Shown here: positions 36,186 through 48,810 of the stretch, piece after piece
Position numbering within the stretch: the stretch's first letter is position 1
Layout: each line of letters opens with the position of its first letter
NCBI GenBank assembly: GCA_013239625.1
Contig: MU054338.1
Location: 1,614,001 to 1,678,000 of the forward strand
From: Lama guanicoe
Lineage: Eukaryota
Reading direction: 5' to 3'
DNA: 64,000 bases
Made by a program: the position numbers and the translations under genes
The notes under the pieces: generated by a model
Told to the model about the DNA's origin: nothing
The model's database searches: none
The model's input: the letters and a program-made list of their open reading frames with translations, nothing else

Positions 36186-36554
36186 CTGCAAGTTACGTGT
36201 GGCTGGTGATTCTGCCAGTGATAATTTTCCCCCAAACACAAGTCGCCTTTTCCACCTGCAGGTTCCTTTCTCCTTTGGCGTCTTCTGCTTTGTCTTGTTC
36301 ACACGTCATGGAGGGCGGCTTCTGCGCAAGGACAGGGCCGGCTGGCCGCTCAGCTGGGGATCCCACTGCCCGTCTTCCCCGGGGGGCCCACCCAGCATGT
36401 CGGGGGGAGAGCCTGCGAGCCCAGTGTCTATGCCCTGGACGGGGGTCCCAGTGTCCTCGGGGGACGTTGCTCAGATGCGCAGAGTGAACGGAAGGACCAG
36501 GGAGGCCAGCGTCCCCACAGCCTGCCTGGAAGGATGCAGTGCAGGTATGGACAA

Positions 36555-36970
36555 CACGCCTACACACGCGGATGCACACTCTCCCATCACACACACACAC
36601 ACACGTACACACCCCACATGCCCACACGAATACACACAACACACACACACACATACACCCCGCTCATACACACACACACACACCCACACCATTCAAATAC
36701 ATAAACACACAGAAACACACATACAAATACACACAAACACATTCACACACATATAAATGCACACATAGACACAAGCAAATATATATATAAACACACATAA
36801 CAATACGGAGATACACATACACACATCACACACCACACAAATTCGTACAAATACTCACATACTCACGTACACTAACACTCCCACATACATATAAATACAC
36901 ACACACACGCCACACAGCACACACAGTACAGATGAACACACATGCACAAATACACACAGTCGCGCACACA
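36555..36970. repeat. ~400-bp degenerate (CA)-rich low-complexity tract
   Basis: Directly visible. Confidence 0.9.
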
Positions 36971-36974
36971 GAGG

Positions 36975-37430
36975 CAGCTCCGCACAGGCGGAAGCCACGC
37001 GTGAACAGCCTGGCGGGGTCCGGGGGCGGGAGTCAGTCTGACCGGCTAGCGCACTGGGGCGACGAGGCCGCGGGGCAGGCCGGTGCGGCTCAAACCGGGA
37101 CGGCGCCCGCCCGTCAGCCGGCGCGGCCGCAGCGGGTCGGGACGCGAAGTCTGCCTCCGGGCCGCGCAGCCCCGCCCCTGCCGGGCGGCGGAGCACGACG
37201 CAGCTTGAAGGAGGAGGCGGGTCTCCACGCCCGGCGTACAGGGTCCCCCAGGGCCTCAGCCTGGGTCAGAGGGAGTGGGCTCCCTCGACTGCATGGGGCC
37301 GGTGCGGGTCGCGCCTCCGGGCCCCACTCCACCAGCAGGTTACGGACTGATGGGGAAGCCGGGCAGGTCGGAGGGACGCGTCCCCGCCCCCTCGCATCTG
37401 TGTGTCCCCGGCCACCCTGCTTCTCCGCTC
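36975..37430. promoter_or_regulatory. CpG island with GC boxes
   Basis: Very dense CpG; gggggcggga and ccccgcccc motifs. Confidence 0.7.
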
Positions 37431-37929
37431 TGCAGAGAACCATCTAAGTACGGAATTGACGCTCACCTACCAAAGAAGCTGGAAGATGCTGGAAAATACT
37501 GCATGAACGCGGCAGGTCTCAGGGGCTGGGGGAGGCCAGCTGTTGAAAGAGGCGGAGGCCCCAAGTCCTGCAGCCTCGAGGAGCCGGGACACCCCGAGAT
37601 GGGAGGGGCCTCGCCCTACCGCCAAGCCCAGGTCTCCCGGGAGCCCGGCACACCTGTGCTGGGTGGAGTCCAGGTGACCCCCCCCACCAGTTTCTGGGGC
37701 CCCCGCTGTGCTCCTCCGACCACCTCTCTGGGGGTCTCACTGCACCTGCGTGCGTTCTGGCACTGGCCCGAAGCTCAACCATGTGGCCACCATGGACAGT
37801 TGTCGGTGTGTGTCCAGCTGGAGCCCGAGGCGAGCTTTCTCCCCAGGAAAGCCCACTGTTTATTCAAATTTAATTTAAAAAATGTAATCCTGCAAAGGGA
37901 TGTCCCAGAAAGGCAGGTGCACTGTGACA

Positions 37930-38580
37930 CCTTTTATTTATAAATGGCGGTATAATACACTTAACATAAAATTCACCATCTTAACCATTTCTAAGTGCAC
38001 AGCTCAGTGGAATTAAGCATTCACATTGCTGTGCAACCATCCCCCATCATCTCCAGAACTTTCTCATCTTCCCAAACTGAAGCTCTGTCCCCATGAAACA
38101 CTCACTCCCCAGCCCCTCCTCCAGCCCCGGCCCCATGGTCTACTTCCTGTCTCTGTGGATCTGACTCCTCCAGGGACCTGTGAGTGGAATCAGACCAAAT
38201 CTGCCCTTCTGTGCCTGGCTTATTTCACTGAACATCACGTCCTCAGGTCTCCATCCTTTTGAAGGCAGAATCATATTCCACTGTGTACATATATCACCTT
38301 TAGTTTATCCATTATCTGCTGACAGACGCTTGGGGTGCTTCCACCTTTCGGCTATTGTGAGCCATGCTGCTGTGAACACTGGTGTGCACGTACCTCTTCT
38401 GGTCCCTGATTTCAATACTTTTCCAGATCAGTCCCTGACCCACAAATGGAACTGCTGGATTGAGTGGTAATCCCAGGTTTCATTATTTGAGAAACTGCCA
38501 GACTTCTCCACAGCAGCCGCCCCACTCATATTCCCATCCACAGTGCATGAGGGTTTCACTTTCTCCACACCAACACCTGT
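37930..38580 (-). mobile_element. L1MB/L1MA 3' fragment
   Basis: cataaaattcaccatcttaaccatt...ccatctccagaactttctcatcttcccaaactgaa. Confidence 0.85.
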
Positions 38581-39404
38581 TTCGAGCCCCATTCTTCTCT
38601 GAGCCTCAGTTGCCTCATCTATTAAATGGGCTCCCGGCTCCTCCCACAGGTCTGCTGGGAGGCCCCATGAAAGGCCATATTTGTGTATCAGGCTTTGTTC
38701 TGCTCATGGGGGACAACGGCCGTCTCTGGGCTGTCAGGAAACCAGGGAAGAAATGCTGGTTGGGTTTGTGTGTGTGTGTGTGTGTGTGTTTGTCTTGCCG
38801 TCCCTGGGGATTCATGTAGAAAACGTCTGGGAGAGGAGCAGCCTGGGAGAAGGCATGCTGCCCGCACACACGCACGCCTGCACGCACGCAGACACACAGA
38901 CACAGGCCGCATGCACGTGTGCTCCCAGAGCAGGGGTCGTGGGGCTGATGGCCTCTGAAACTGAGTTTCTCACCCCACGGTGGGGCCGCCTCAGACGACA
39001 TGCAGACGTGCAGCCCGGGCGGGCCGGGGAGGCCGGCCATAAAAACAAACACGCTGGGGTCAGCTCCAGCAGAGCGCTCCGTCCGGGCCTGCACGTGGGG
39101 TGCTAGGAATCAGCACGGGGTGGGGTCTGCCCCTTCCCGCCGGGCCACCGTGGCTCCGGGACATGTGCAAAGCCTGAGAAGGACAGGGTCACCCTGTCCC
39201 GCTTGGGACAGGGGAGGGGCTAAAAGCAGCTGCTGGCAAGCCTCAGACATCTGGAAAATGGGGAGCCTGGGTGCTCCATCTCTTCTGGGCCCCCTGACTC
39301 TGCACAGTCCCCTGGGCCCTCCCTCGGTGCCCAAAGCTCTGGGAGTCCCTGTGTCTCCTCTGCAGGCTTGCAGGCTAGGGCACCGGCTCAGGGGATTTGA
39401 TTTC

Positions 39405-39910
39405 TGTGCTGAGTAATGAATCGCCACCACCTAGTATCTCAGGGTCTAGGGGATCAGGAGTCAGAGCACAGCTAAGCCAGGACTCAGCTCCAGGGCCCCG
39501 TGAGGCTGTAATCTGGGTCGGGGCTGGGGCTGCAGTCACATCAGAACCTCGACTGGGGAAGGGTGCACCTCCGAGCTCCCTCAGGCTGCTGCTACAACTG
39601 GCCACCCCGTGGCTGCAGGACGGGGGTCCCCGCTTCTGGCTCTCAGCTCCCACAGGCTCCCCTCAGGTCCTGGCCACATCGGTCCCTCCGTGTACCCTCC
39701 CATAACGTGGCGACTGATTTCTTCAAGGCCAGCAAGGGAGGGTGTCCTGCAGAGCCTGCTGAACTGGAGTCTTGCAGGATATAACCCACTCATGGTGTGG
39801 CCTCTGTGACCTCTGCCACATTGTCCCGGTCACAAGCAAATCACGGGTCTCACCCACGTTCAGGGAGGGGGGATTATGCAAGATATGATGCCGGAAGGGG
39901 AGGGTGGGAA
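39405..39910 (-). mobile_element. MLT1F-like MaLR LTR
   Basis: ggggctgcagtcacatcagaacctcgactggggaaggg...ttcttcaaggccagcaa. Confidence 0.7.
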
Positions 39911-40863
39911 TCACTGAAAAAAGTCTGCAATATGCCTGAGACCATATCCCTGGGCCCCGGCGCTGAGCAGACAGAGAGAAGGTTCACAGGTGCCTGGGGC
40001 GGGTGCCCACGCGCACACACATGTGCACAGACACGTCTGTATGTGAAGTACTGTCTGTGTGTTGCATGTGTGTATGCATATATTGCATGTTTATGCATAC
40101 ACGCTGTTACCACAGACACGTTTTTACGACTGAATCTAAAGAGAAACGTAGAGCTGGCCCAGGTAAACGGTATGGTGTTCACAAGCAGCATCACGACACC
40201 ACGGAGAGGTGAGGCGCTGAGACCTGCTGAGGTTCTGCGGGACCCTCCCCAGCCCCAGCCCCTCGGAAAAGCCCGGCCGGGAACCGGGGCACAGAGGGCG
40301 GCCCCATGTGAACTCAGCCCTACTTGACTTTATAAAGCTGTTCACATTGTTCTAGTTGATTGCATCTCTTCCAGAATGGCAACCTCAACTCTTTGTGGAA
40401 CAAGGCAGAATGTAAATAAATCAGCACAACCCTCGGGCCGGGCCCTCCTCTGTGGCGGGCTGGCCTGGATGAGGGGCCGGGGGTGCGGTGGAGTAGGATC
40501 CCTGCCCACACCGCCCCGCTTCATTAGCCAGCCTCTGTGTCCACAGTGTCAGGTGTTACAGGAATTCCAAGTCACACGGCTGGCAAATCGTGCAGCGGGG
40601 CCTGGAACCCGAGGCTCCGGCCTCCTGGGTCAGGAGTGCGGATCCCAGACTGACCCCCCGGTGGAAAACCACCAGCCCTGGCGGGGCGCCAGCACTGCTT
40701 GTCTGCGAGGGGCCAGGAAACGGCTGGGAGGGACGATTAAACGGAAAAACATCCCGAGGATGCAAATCGCTCCTCTCTCTGCCGATGACACTTACTCCCG
40801 GGGTCCTGCCCCTGCCCGGGCAGGTCCAGACACAGAGGCCCGGGGGTGGCCGCCGGACGCACC

Positions 40864-40908
40864 TGACACGTGTTGTGCTGACACGTGTTGTGTTGACACA
40901 TGTTGTGT
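40864..40908. repeat. 15-bp tandem repeat x3 (tgacacgtgttgtgy)
   Basis: Units start at 40864, 40879 and 40894. Confidence 0.9.
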
Positions 40909-41399
40909 TAAGGAGAGCAGAGGAGGCCACTCCCAGCAGTGTGGCCACTGTCCTGGGCCACAGGTCACCCATCCGGCAGAGGGGCGGCGGCGGGCACCCA
41001 GAGCTCTGGCCGGTGACTCACCTGGAGCCCGCAGGGACCTGAGCCCCCACCCTGGCTGTGGGGCTGGTTCTGGGAGTTGGGCTCCCAGGCAGAAGGGAGA
41101 GCGGGAGAGTCACAGGGCGGCAGCGGGGAAGGCAGGCAGGGATGCAGCATACTGCCTGGCAGGAGCCGGCCAGCAGGGCTCGGGGGAACGCTGGGGCACT
41201 CTTCGGCAAGTCTGGAAGCGTTTGTGGTGACAAGAGGGGAGATGGGCAGCTCCGCCTACCAGTCACCTCTCTGGGGACACTCAAGGGCGGGCCACCCATC
41301 TGAAGGACTCACAGAACCAATAGGGGAGGGTAAAGGATGCTTTTCCTAGTCACCAAACGAGCAAAGGACAGGCATAAGTCTCAGTTCCTCAGGAACCGT

Positions 41400-41820
41400 G
41401 TGCACGAGTTTCCTGGGGCGGCCGTGACAAATACCACCCATTAGTGGCTTAAAACCACACATGCAGATCCTCTGATGACTCTGGGGGTGAGAAGTCCTAA
41501 AATCCAGATGTGGGCAGGGCGGGTCCCTCCGGAGGCTCCAGGGAGAAGCGGATCCTGCCTCTTCCAGCTTCTAGAGGCGCCACATCCCTGGCTTGCGGCC
41601 CCTCCCTCCACCCTCACCGCCAGCAGCGCAGCATCCCCCGTCTCTCTCTGACTCTGACCTCCCTCCTCCCTCTGATGAGGACTCTGTGAGGACACGGGGC
41701 CCCCGGGGAATCCAGGGTCACCCCCATCCCAGGGGCCTTAACTTAAGGCCCTCTGCCCGGTGAGGTGACATGTCCTGGGGTTCTGGTGATTAGGACATGT
41801 ATGTCTTTGGGGACCATTAT
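41400..41820 (-). mobile_element. MLT1D/E-like MaLR LTR
   Basis: gccgtgacaaataccaccc...tggcttaaaac...ggacatgtatgtctttggggaccattatt. Confidence 0.8.
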
Positions 41821-42034
41821 TAGAATTAAAAAAAAAAAGATTGCCTATGTTTAAAATCAAGCCCTTATAATCACTGATGTGATCTGCAGGGAGGCTGGGT
41901 GGTGGTGACAGTCCTCTGGCCTCCGGGCAGCCTGCTGTCCCAGGCTGTGCAAACACCGGCCAGCCCTCAGCCCAGTGAGCCCTGGAGTCCGTCACGACCT
42001 GCTCACTGAGCTGTGACGCTCCCGGCTCCTTAGC

Positions 42035-42620
42035 GCGTTCCTGGGTGGGGCCCTCATGAACGGGATCAGTGCCCTTATAAAGGGACCCCAGAGCGTGCAC
42101 TGACCCACCCGATACACGAGAACACAGTGAGAAGACGGCCGAGCGTAAACCAAGCACCAGCTCTCACCAGACACGGGCTCTGCTGGGGCCTCGATCTTGG
42201 AGCCCCAGCCTCCAGGACCGCGAGGAACCAATGCTGCTGCGTATAAGCCTGCAGGCTCTGGTGCTATGTCATGGCAGCCTGAAGGGACCAGGACACTTGG
42301 AAACAGGGTCACCGCAGGTGTGATTAGTTAAGATGAAGTCACACTGGGGGCCGGTGGGCCTAGTCCAACGTGAATGGTGTCCCAGTAAAGAGCACGTTTG
42401 GGCACACACTTGCACACAGGCGGAGGCCGGCTGACGGCGGAGGCAGGGGTGGGGTGATGCCACGGACGGCCAGCACCCCCAGAAGCTGGGAGAGCCTGGA
42501 ACAGACCCTCCCCCAGGAGCCAGCCCTGACCTCGGACGCCCAGCCCCTTGTAAGTCAGGGGACAAGTCACTGCTGTTAAAGCCGCCTGGTTTCCAGCGCT
42601 GTCTTCGGTGGCCCCAGGCA
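42035..42620 (+). mobile_element. Adjacent MLT1A (about 42035-42290) and MLT1B (about 42295-42620) LTR fragments
   Basis: ccctcatgaacgggatcagtgcccttataa; ttggaaacagggtc...attagttaagatgaagtca. Confidence 0.8.
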
Positions 42621-45229
42621 GCTCGGCGAGCACCACCTTCAGAGCTGGCGAGGACCACGCGGCAGGAGAGAGAACGCGACTCCCACATTATGAATGAGGA
42701 CTCTAAAGCAGAGAGGTTTCCAGCTCACTCATTTCCACAGCGCTCCAGCTGGGGGTGGGAGAGCCCACCTTCTGTCAGATCCCCCGCTCCACCCCAAGCC
42801 CATCCACCAGCCTGCGGATGGCCTTTGGTCTGCCTTTCTTCTATAGACGCAGCTGGGCCACCTCCCCTTCCAGGAAGCCTTCCTGGCCTTGCTCTGCCCT
42901 GGGCGTGCTGCCTTGGCGCCTTTTCCTCCCTGGCCACTCTGCTAGGCTGTATCAGGACTTTGAGCAATCTTTGCATCCCCAGCGCCGGGCCCGGAGTCGA
43001 CTCAGTAAATGTTTGATGAACTAGGAAGGGAGTGGTGAGGCGAGGGGACGTGCAAGGGCAGTTGACTGTACCCCCGTCCTGCTGCCAGTCCTCCACCCGG
43101 GACATCTGCCTGTCTGTGTAGGAGGGCCCTTGCCGGCCCAGACACCCCCCACCTGCCCAGTTCTCAGGGCCCATCTTTCTTCTCCCCTCTTCATCCCAAC
43201 AACAGGCGCAAGGCCGACTCCACTGGAACCTTGTAGGACCATCTCCGTGGTTCCCCATGTCAGAAGCACCTTCTGGAGCGATCCCAGCGGACAAGTCATT
43301 CATTGGTGGTTTGGCCTCTCCCCGCCCCCGAAAGAGCTTTTCTTAAGGACATAAAGTCCACAATAACAAGACTACAGGAAAAAACAACACCAAAAAAGGA
43401 CCGTCTAGGTGAAGAATGATGGGGAGGGGGCAACCTGGACGCCAGGCGGCAATTCCCTCACTTGCAAATCGCCCAGGAGGGCTCACAGGAGGGGTCCTTG
43501 GAGTTCCCAAGCCACAGGGGGGTGAGAATGGGCCTCTGCTCAGCCCTGGCTACCCGCAAGGCCGCACCTGCAGCGGAGTCCCCGGGCAGTCTGGCAGCAC
43601 GTGGCTTTGTGCCGGCCCTGCAGGGGCAGGGTTTCCTGCTCCGTGTTCCTGGGACTCCGGTCCTTCTCATTCAGGGTGGAGACCATGAGACAAGCCCCCC
43701 ACCCCCAAGTGCCCAGCGGGGTCCCACTCACTCCTCCTCCCTCAACAGATGTTGGATCAGAGGAACACAGCCCTGCTCACGGCCAGTGCAGCTTTGTGGA
43801 GTAAGACATTGAGGTTTTCACACTACACTGTGTAGCTGTCGGCTCAGCAAGTGCTGGGGGAGGGGAGTGTTTAGGAGAGGTGGGAAAGCATGTGTGGGAA
43901 CAGTTGGCGGAGGCCCGGCAAGGGGCCTGTGCCCTGCCGGGTGCCTGATGCCTGTTCCCACGACACGCAGCGCACACCACCAGCTCGACCTGTGAGAGCT
44001 GGGCTGGAGCTCCGGCTGGAGTTGGGACTTGGGCCTACAGGACTGCTCGTTCACCACAACAAAATAAAATGGCAAAAGGGGAAATACTCTGTCATGGGTA
44101 CAAGGAACAAAGCGTTACAGTCCTTAATGTATAAAGACCTCCAAGAAACCAGTGAGAGAGGAACAGACCGGATCCTGGGCAGGATGGACAACGGACAAAG
44201 CTGAGCAGCTGGCAAAACTGGTGAGATTCGATCAGTTCTGCACTCTGGGCAGTAGTGCCGCGGGGATGTTCACTGCCTTCTCAGCTCTGATCGGTGTCCT
44301 GTGGTTACGGAAGATGTCGACCAGGGTGAAACCGGGACCTCTCTGTACTGCGTCGGCACTTCTTCTGTAAGTCTCAAATTATCTCAAACCCTTCAAAACG
44401 TACTGTTAACAACGGACGCAAACAATCTGCAAAAAGCATTACCATTATAACGACCATCGCGAAACCTTTAAAATTCTCGCAATCAAAACACTGTGGGTAA
44501 TACAATGAGATGTAACTTTTGGCCTTTGATCCAAGGAGACCCACAAGCCGTGGCACCTGGATGCTGAGGGGTCTGGGACGGGGGACAGCTGTCAAATACC
44601 ACATGCGGCAGGTGACAGAATTTGGATTCAGACTGGCTTAGATAAGACTGTGTTCACGCGAAGTTTCCAGATTTGGGTAACAGTCCTGCGGCTGCACAGG
44701 AGAGTGTCCTTATTCTTAGCAAACACCCGTGGAGGTATTTAAGGGTTGAGGGGCACGACGCGGCCAACTTAATTCCAAGTGGCTCAGAAAGACCCATCTG
44801 TGCAGGGACAGCACACAACCGTGCGTGCCGCAGTATGTATCCCGTAGCTACGAGTCCAGGCGTGGGCCTACGTGCACACGCACCCCCTCCTACATACGGT
44901 GTGTGCGTACACACGTCTACACAGAGAGAGAATAATAAAGCAAGTGGAGCAGGTGTGCACAGTCGATGAACCCGGGCACCAGGGGTTTAAGAAGTCCCTC
45001 GTCCTAGTCTTGCAGCTTTTGGTAAGCTTCAAACTGTACTGGAAACAACCGAAATTTAAATTTGGTTCAGGGTGTGTTCACATGCATAAAATTCACCCTC
45101 TTCAAGTGCACAAGTCAGTGATTTTCAGTATCTCTTCTTCTTTAAACCTCTGTGTGTTTTTTGCAGAAAAAAAACCCCTGTAAACAATGAGCATGTATCA
45201 TTTTCATAAACGGGGGGAGAAAAACTGCT

Positions 45230-45570
45230 TGGAAATACCCGCCCTTTCGCCCCTTTACAACGCGGACCCGGAGCCGGGCCAGGCGTGCCGGGATGCTCTG
45301 CGCCGGCTGTGTCGGGGCAGCCGCGTCCCGCTGTCCAGGGCAGCTGGTGCGTCCCGGCTGGCCCCCTACCTGCTCAGCAGACCCAGGAATTCAGGGCGAG
45401 GGCGGCACGGGGAGGCGCCCGGGGCGGCGTGTCTGGCCGGGAAACTGGGAATCGGGCGCAGGATCCTCGAGCTGAATGGAGCTTGGGGCAGAAGGGAAGG
45501 ACACACTCAGGCCCTGGAGACCGGCCGGCCTGGGGCTTGGACGTCGCCTGCCAAGCGCCCTTGGTCTTCG
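45230..45570. promoter_or_regulatory. CpG-rich patch
   Basis: Dense CpG in non-repeat sequence. Confidence 0.55.
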
Positions 45571-45719
45571 CCAAGATTCGATTCCCTCAGATGAAGAGAG
45601 GACAGGTTCCCCACCCTCTCCAATGGGAACTCAGAATAAATGTTACAAGTGGATCTAAATGAACACGACCTCAAGTCATCACCATGTGGCTGGGGGGGAG
45701 GCGGACCCCACCTTGCCAG

Positions 45720-46170
45720 GGACAGCGGTCATCCACAGCAGTGAGTCACACAGTTGGCGGCGAGAAGGCCCTTCACCTCCGAGGTCTCTCTGCCCAAACC
45801 CATCGCCCCAGCCGAGCTGTAAGAAAGACACCAGACAGACCCCCAAGAGAGGGACTTTCTACAAAGTTCCTGGTTAGTCCTTCCCAAAACTGTCCAGATC
45901 ATCAAACACAAGGGAAGTCCGAGAAACTCCCCACCCTGAGGAGCCTGAGGACACGTGACTACTAAATGTCATCATGTGAGTCCTGGGACAGACAGGGGGC
46001 ACCGAGGGAAGGATCGACGGCCTTGGAACAAAGAGTGGGGTCCCACTAAGTCCGGAGCACTGATGGCCCAGTGGCATCTGGAGCCAGTGCGAGGGGGATG
46101 GGGCGGGGCAGACGGGAACTCTCGGTACATCTAAAACTACCCAAAAAGAGACAGTTCACTTAAAAGATAA
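45720..46170 (+). mobile_element. L1MC/L1MD 3' fragment
   Basis: cccaaaactgtccagatcatcaaacacaagggaagtccgagaaac...tgactactaaatg. Confidence 0.65.
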
Positions 46171-46407
46171 TTGCGGCCGGCCAAGTGTTCCCTCGGGTCC
46201 ACAACCCCAGCGGCACTTCCCATGACAAGGTCTGGCGGCCAGGGCACATTCAGTGACACCGTCTTGGGAGGCTGGGTCGCCACGTGTGCTACTGGAGAGG
46301 GGTGAAGTGGGGACCGCTGGGTCTTTGCCAAGGGTCCTTCCTTTCTGCAGGTCACCTTTGGGTAAATGTCCTGTGTCCCAACAACATTCTCCCCAAAGTG
46401 CCAGCAC

Positions 46408-46780
46408 CTGTGTGGGGTTGAATCCTGTCCCCCAAAAGACACCTTCAAGTCCTGATCCCCCCAAACCTGTGAACTCAACTTTATTTGGAAACAGTGTCGT
46501 CGCAGATGTGATCACATTAACAAGAGGTCATGGCACTGGTGTCCTGATGAGAGAGGGAAACTGGGACGCAGAGAAACACAGGGAGAGGCCACAACGGAGG
46601 CTGAGACTGGAGGGAAGTGGCCACAAGCCCAGGGACCTGAGGATTGCGGGGAGCCCAGAAGCTGGGAGAGGCAGGAGGGACCCTCCCCCGGAGCCTCCAG
46701 AGGGAGTGTGGCCCGGCCACATCTTGCTTTCTACTTCTGGCTTCCAGAACGGAGAGAGAAGAAATCTCTGGGTAAGCTGC
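46408..46780 (+). mobile_element. MLT1B/C MaLR LTR
   Basis: tgtggggttgaatcctgtcccccaaaagac...ttatttggaaac...tctggcttccagaac. Confidence 0.85.
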
Positions 46781-47764
46781 CTGCGTGCGGAACCGCTATG
46801 TGGTCCAGGAGCTCACACGGCAGGTGCTGGAATCCAAGACTTCCTTCCTTCTGCGTTTGACACAGAAGAGCATCTTCCGCCCTCTCCTTTTATGAGGGGA
46901 GTAAAGAATCCGGAAGGTGGGACGTCGTGAAAGACTCTGGGGCTCTAGAAAAGGGGTTGCTTTCATGAGAAAGAGACACCAAAGGTAGAGACTATTCCTT
47001 GACGGACGGAAGCCAAGGCGGCCTCTGGGCACAGCGTGGGACCCGGACGGGGCTCTGGAGCCCGGAGAACAGCAACCCAGCTCTGAAAACACACTCAAGG
47101 GGCGGCACGGGAAATTCTGAATTTGGACCGCATATTCGGGTGCTGGTTTTGTGAGGATGTGTGGGGCCATCACAGCAGGTGTACACGGAGAGGCGTGGGG
47201 TCATTGCACGTGATGCCTGCAGATCACTTCCAAATGTTCACTGAAAAAAGAGTGTGCAGATGGGTAAGCAGACGGGTGCCAGGTGGAGAACACACTGACG
47301 GGGGACAGATCGGGAGACAGATTGTGGATGTGTCCCAAAGCGAAGAGAGAGAGGGGCGACGGGCCAGGCAGTAGACAGATGAGACACAGACAGGTGACAA
47401 CAGACGACAGGTGGGTATGGATAAGCAGGCGGCAGATAAAGTAAATAGGAGAGACTGCTGATAGATAAAACGGGCACAGGCCCCGCCCCTCGGCACGTAA
47501 CACGAACACGCCACACAAACGCACAGGCTCCTCCAGGCACTTCCTAGAGCCTCCCCGAATCTAAGGTGGCCGAGACATTCCACAGCCCCCTCCCTGCCCC
47601 CCCGCCCCCGCCTCTCTGTCCACAGCAGGCCGGGCGCTGCCCCGCAGCATCTGCAGGTTGTCCGGAGCCGCCCTCACCTCCGGTCTGGCTGCTCTGGGTC
47701 CTCAGTGCGCACGGCCGTCCTGCTGGGCCCTGAGCCTGACCCCATAAATCTCTGGTGTATTTCT

Positions 47765-47940
47765 GGCTCCCTCCCCCTTGGCACTGCGGGCACTCGGGGT
47801 GGGTCATCCTCCGTGGGAGGCCGTCCCAGGACTGTGGGGTGTGGAGCAGCCTCTGTGGTCCCCACCTCCTCCATGCCAGGAGCGCCCTGAGTCGTGACAA
47901 CCAGAGCTGTCTCAGACACTGCCCAGTGAGACCAGCACTG
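47765..47940 (-). mobile_element. MER20
   Basis: ggccgtcccaggactgtggggtgtggagcagcctc...agtcgtgacaacca. Confidence 0.8.
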
Positions 47941-48634
47941 GGTTGGGGGTCTTACTGCCGCTGACCTGCAGACCCAGGAAAAGACGGGGAGGTGCCGCCA
48001 TCAGACCCTCCCTGGGCTTCTGGATCTGGAAACACTGCTCAGACCAAACCGTTTCCTGATGGGATCCAGGTCTCTCTTGCCCCCTAGACCTCACCTGAGC
48101 CCCTGTGCTCCTCCCTCTCCCTGGGGAGGTCTCTGACAGCTGACGGGCTGCCCAGGTCCCCGGCAGATGGATGGATGGACGCTCCCCGGGCAGCCGTCTC
48201 TGTGATGAGAATCCCAGCCGCACAGAGCGAGGGCTGGGGCCGGGGGAGCTGTCAGATCTAGCACCTGGGCCTGGGAACACCAGGGGCTCAGGGTCGTTAT
48301 GGCAACAGGGAGCCCGGCCAAGCGGCAATGGGACTCGCAGGCCCCACGCCACGCCACCGCTGACCAGCCAGCGGCTGAGGGGAGAGCCTGCCCTGGAGGG
48401 AGGGGGGCGCAGCTGGGCTGCTGACGCACTGTGGGGCTTTTCACAAAAGGTTGTTAACCTGAGGCAGCATCTTGTCAATCACTGTAGCACGAAAGGAACA
48501 AGATGCTGTCAGCCTCTGGGAGCTCACAGGAGCGTCTGATCATCCATCACTCGTGAAACGGGATTCAGAGATACCAGGAAAGCCTGGGAGTGGTCTCTGG
48601 GGCGGTGGGGGTGGGGTGGGGGTGTTCATCTTAG

Positions 48635-48810
48635 CCAGGGTCTCCCCTTGGCCCTGCCTGTGATCACTCTCTGCGGGGGGCCGTCCTGGGCACTGCAGGG
48701 TGTGGAGCATCCCGGGCCCCAGCCACTGGATGCCAGAAGACCCCTAGTTGTGATGACCACGGATGTCCCCAGATGTGGCCCAGTGTCCCCTGGGGGGCGC
48801 AGAGTCATGC
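48635..48810 (-). mobile_element. MER20
   Basis: gggccgtcctgggcactgcagggtgtggagca...gatgtccccagatgtggcccagtgtcccctgggggg. Confidence 0.85.
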
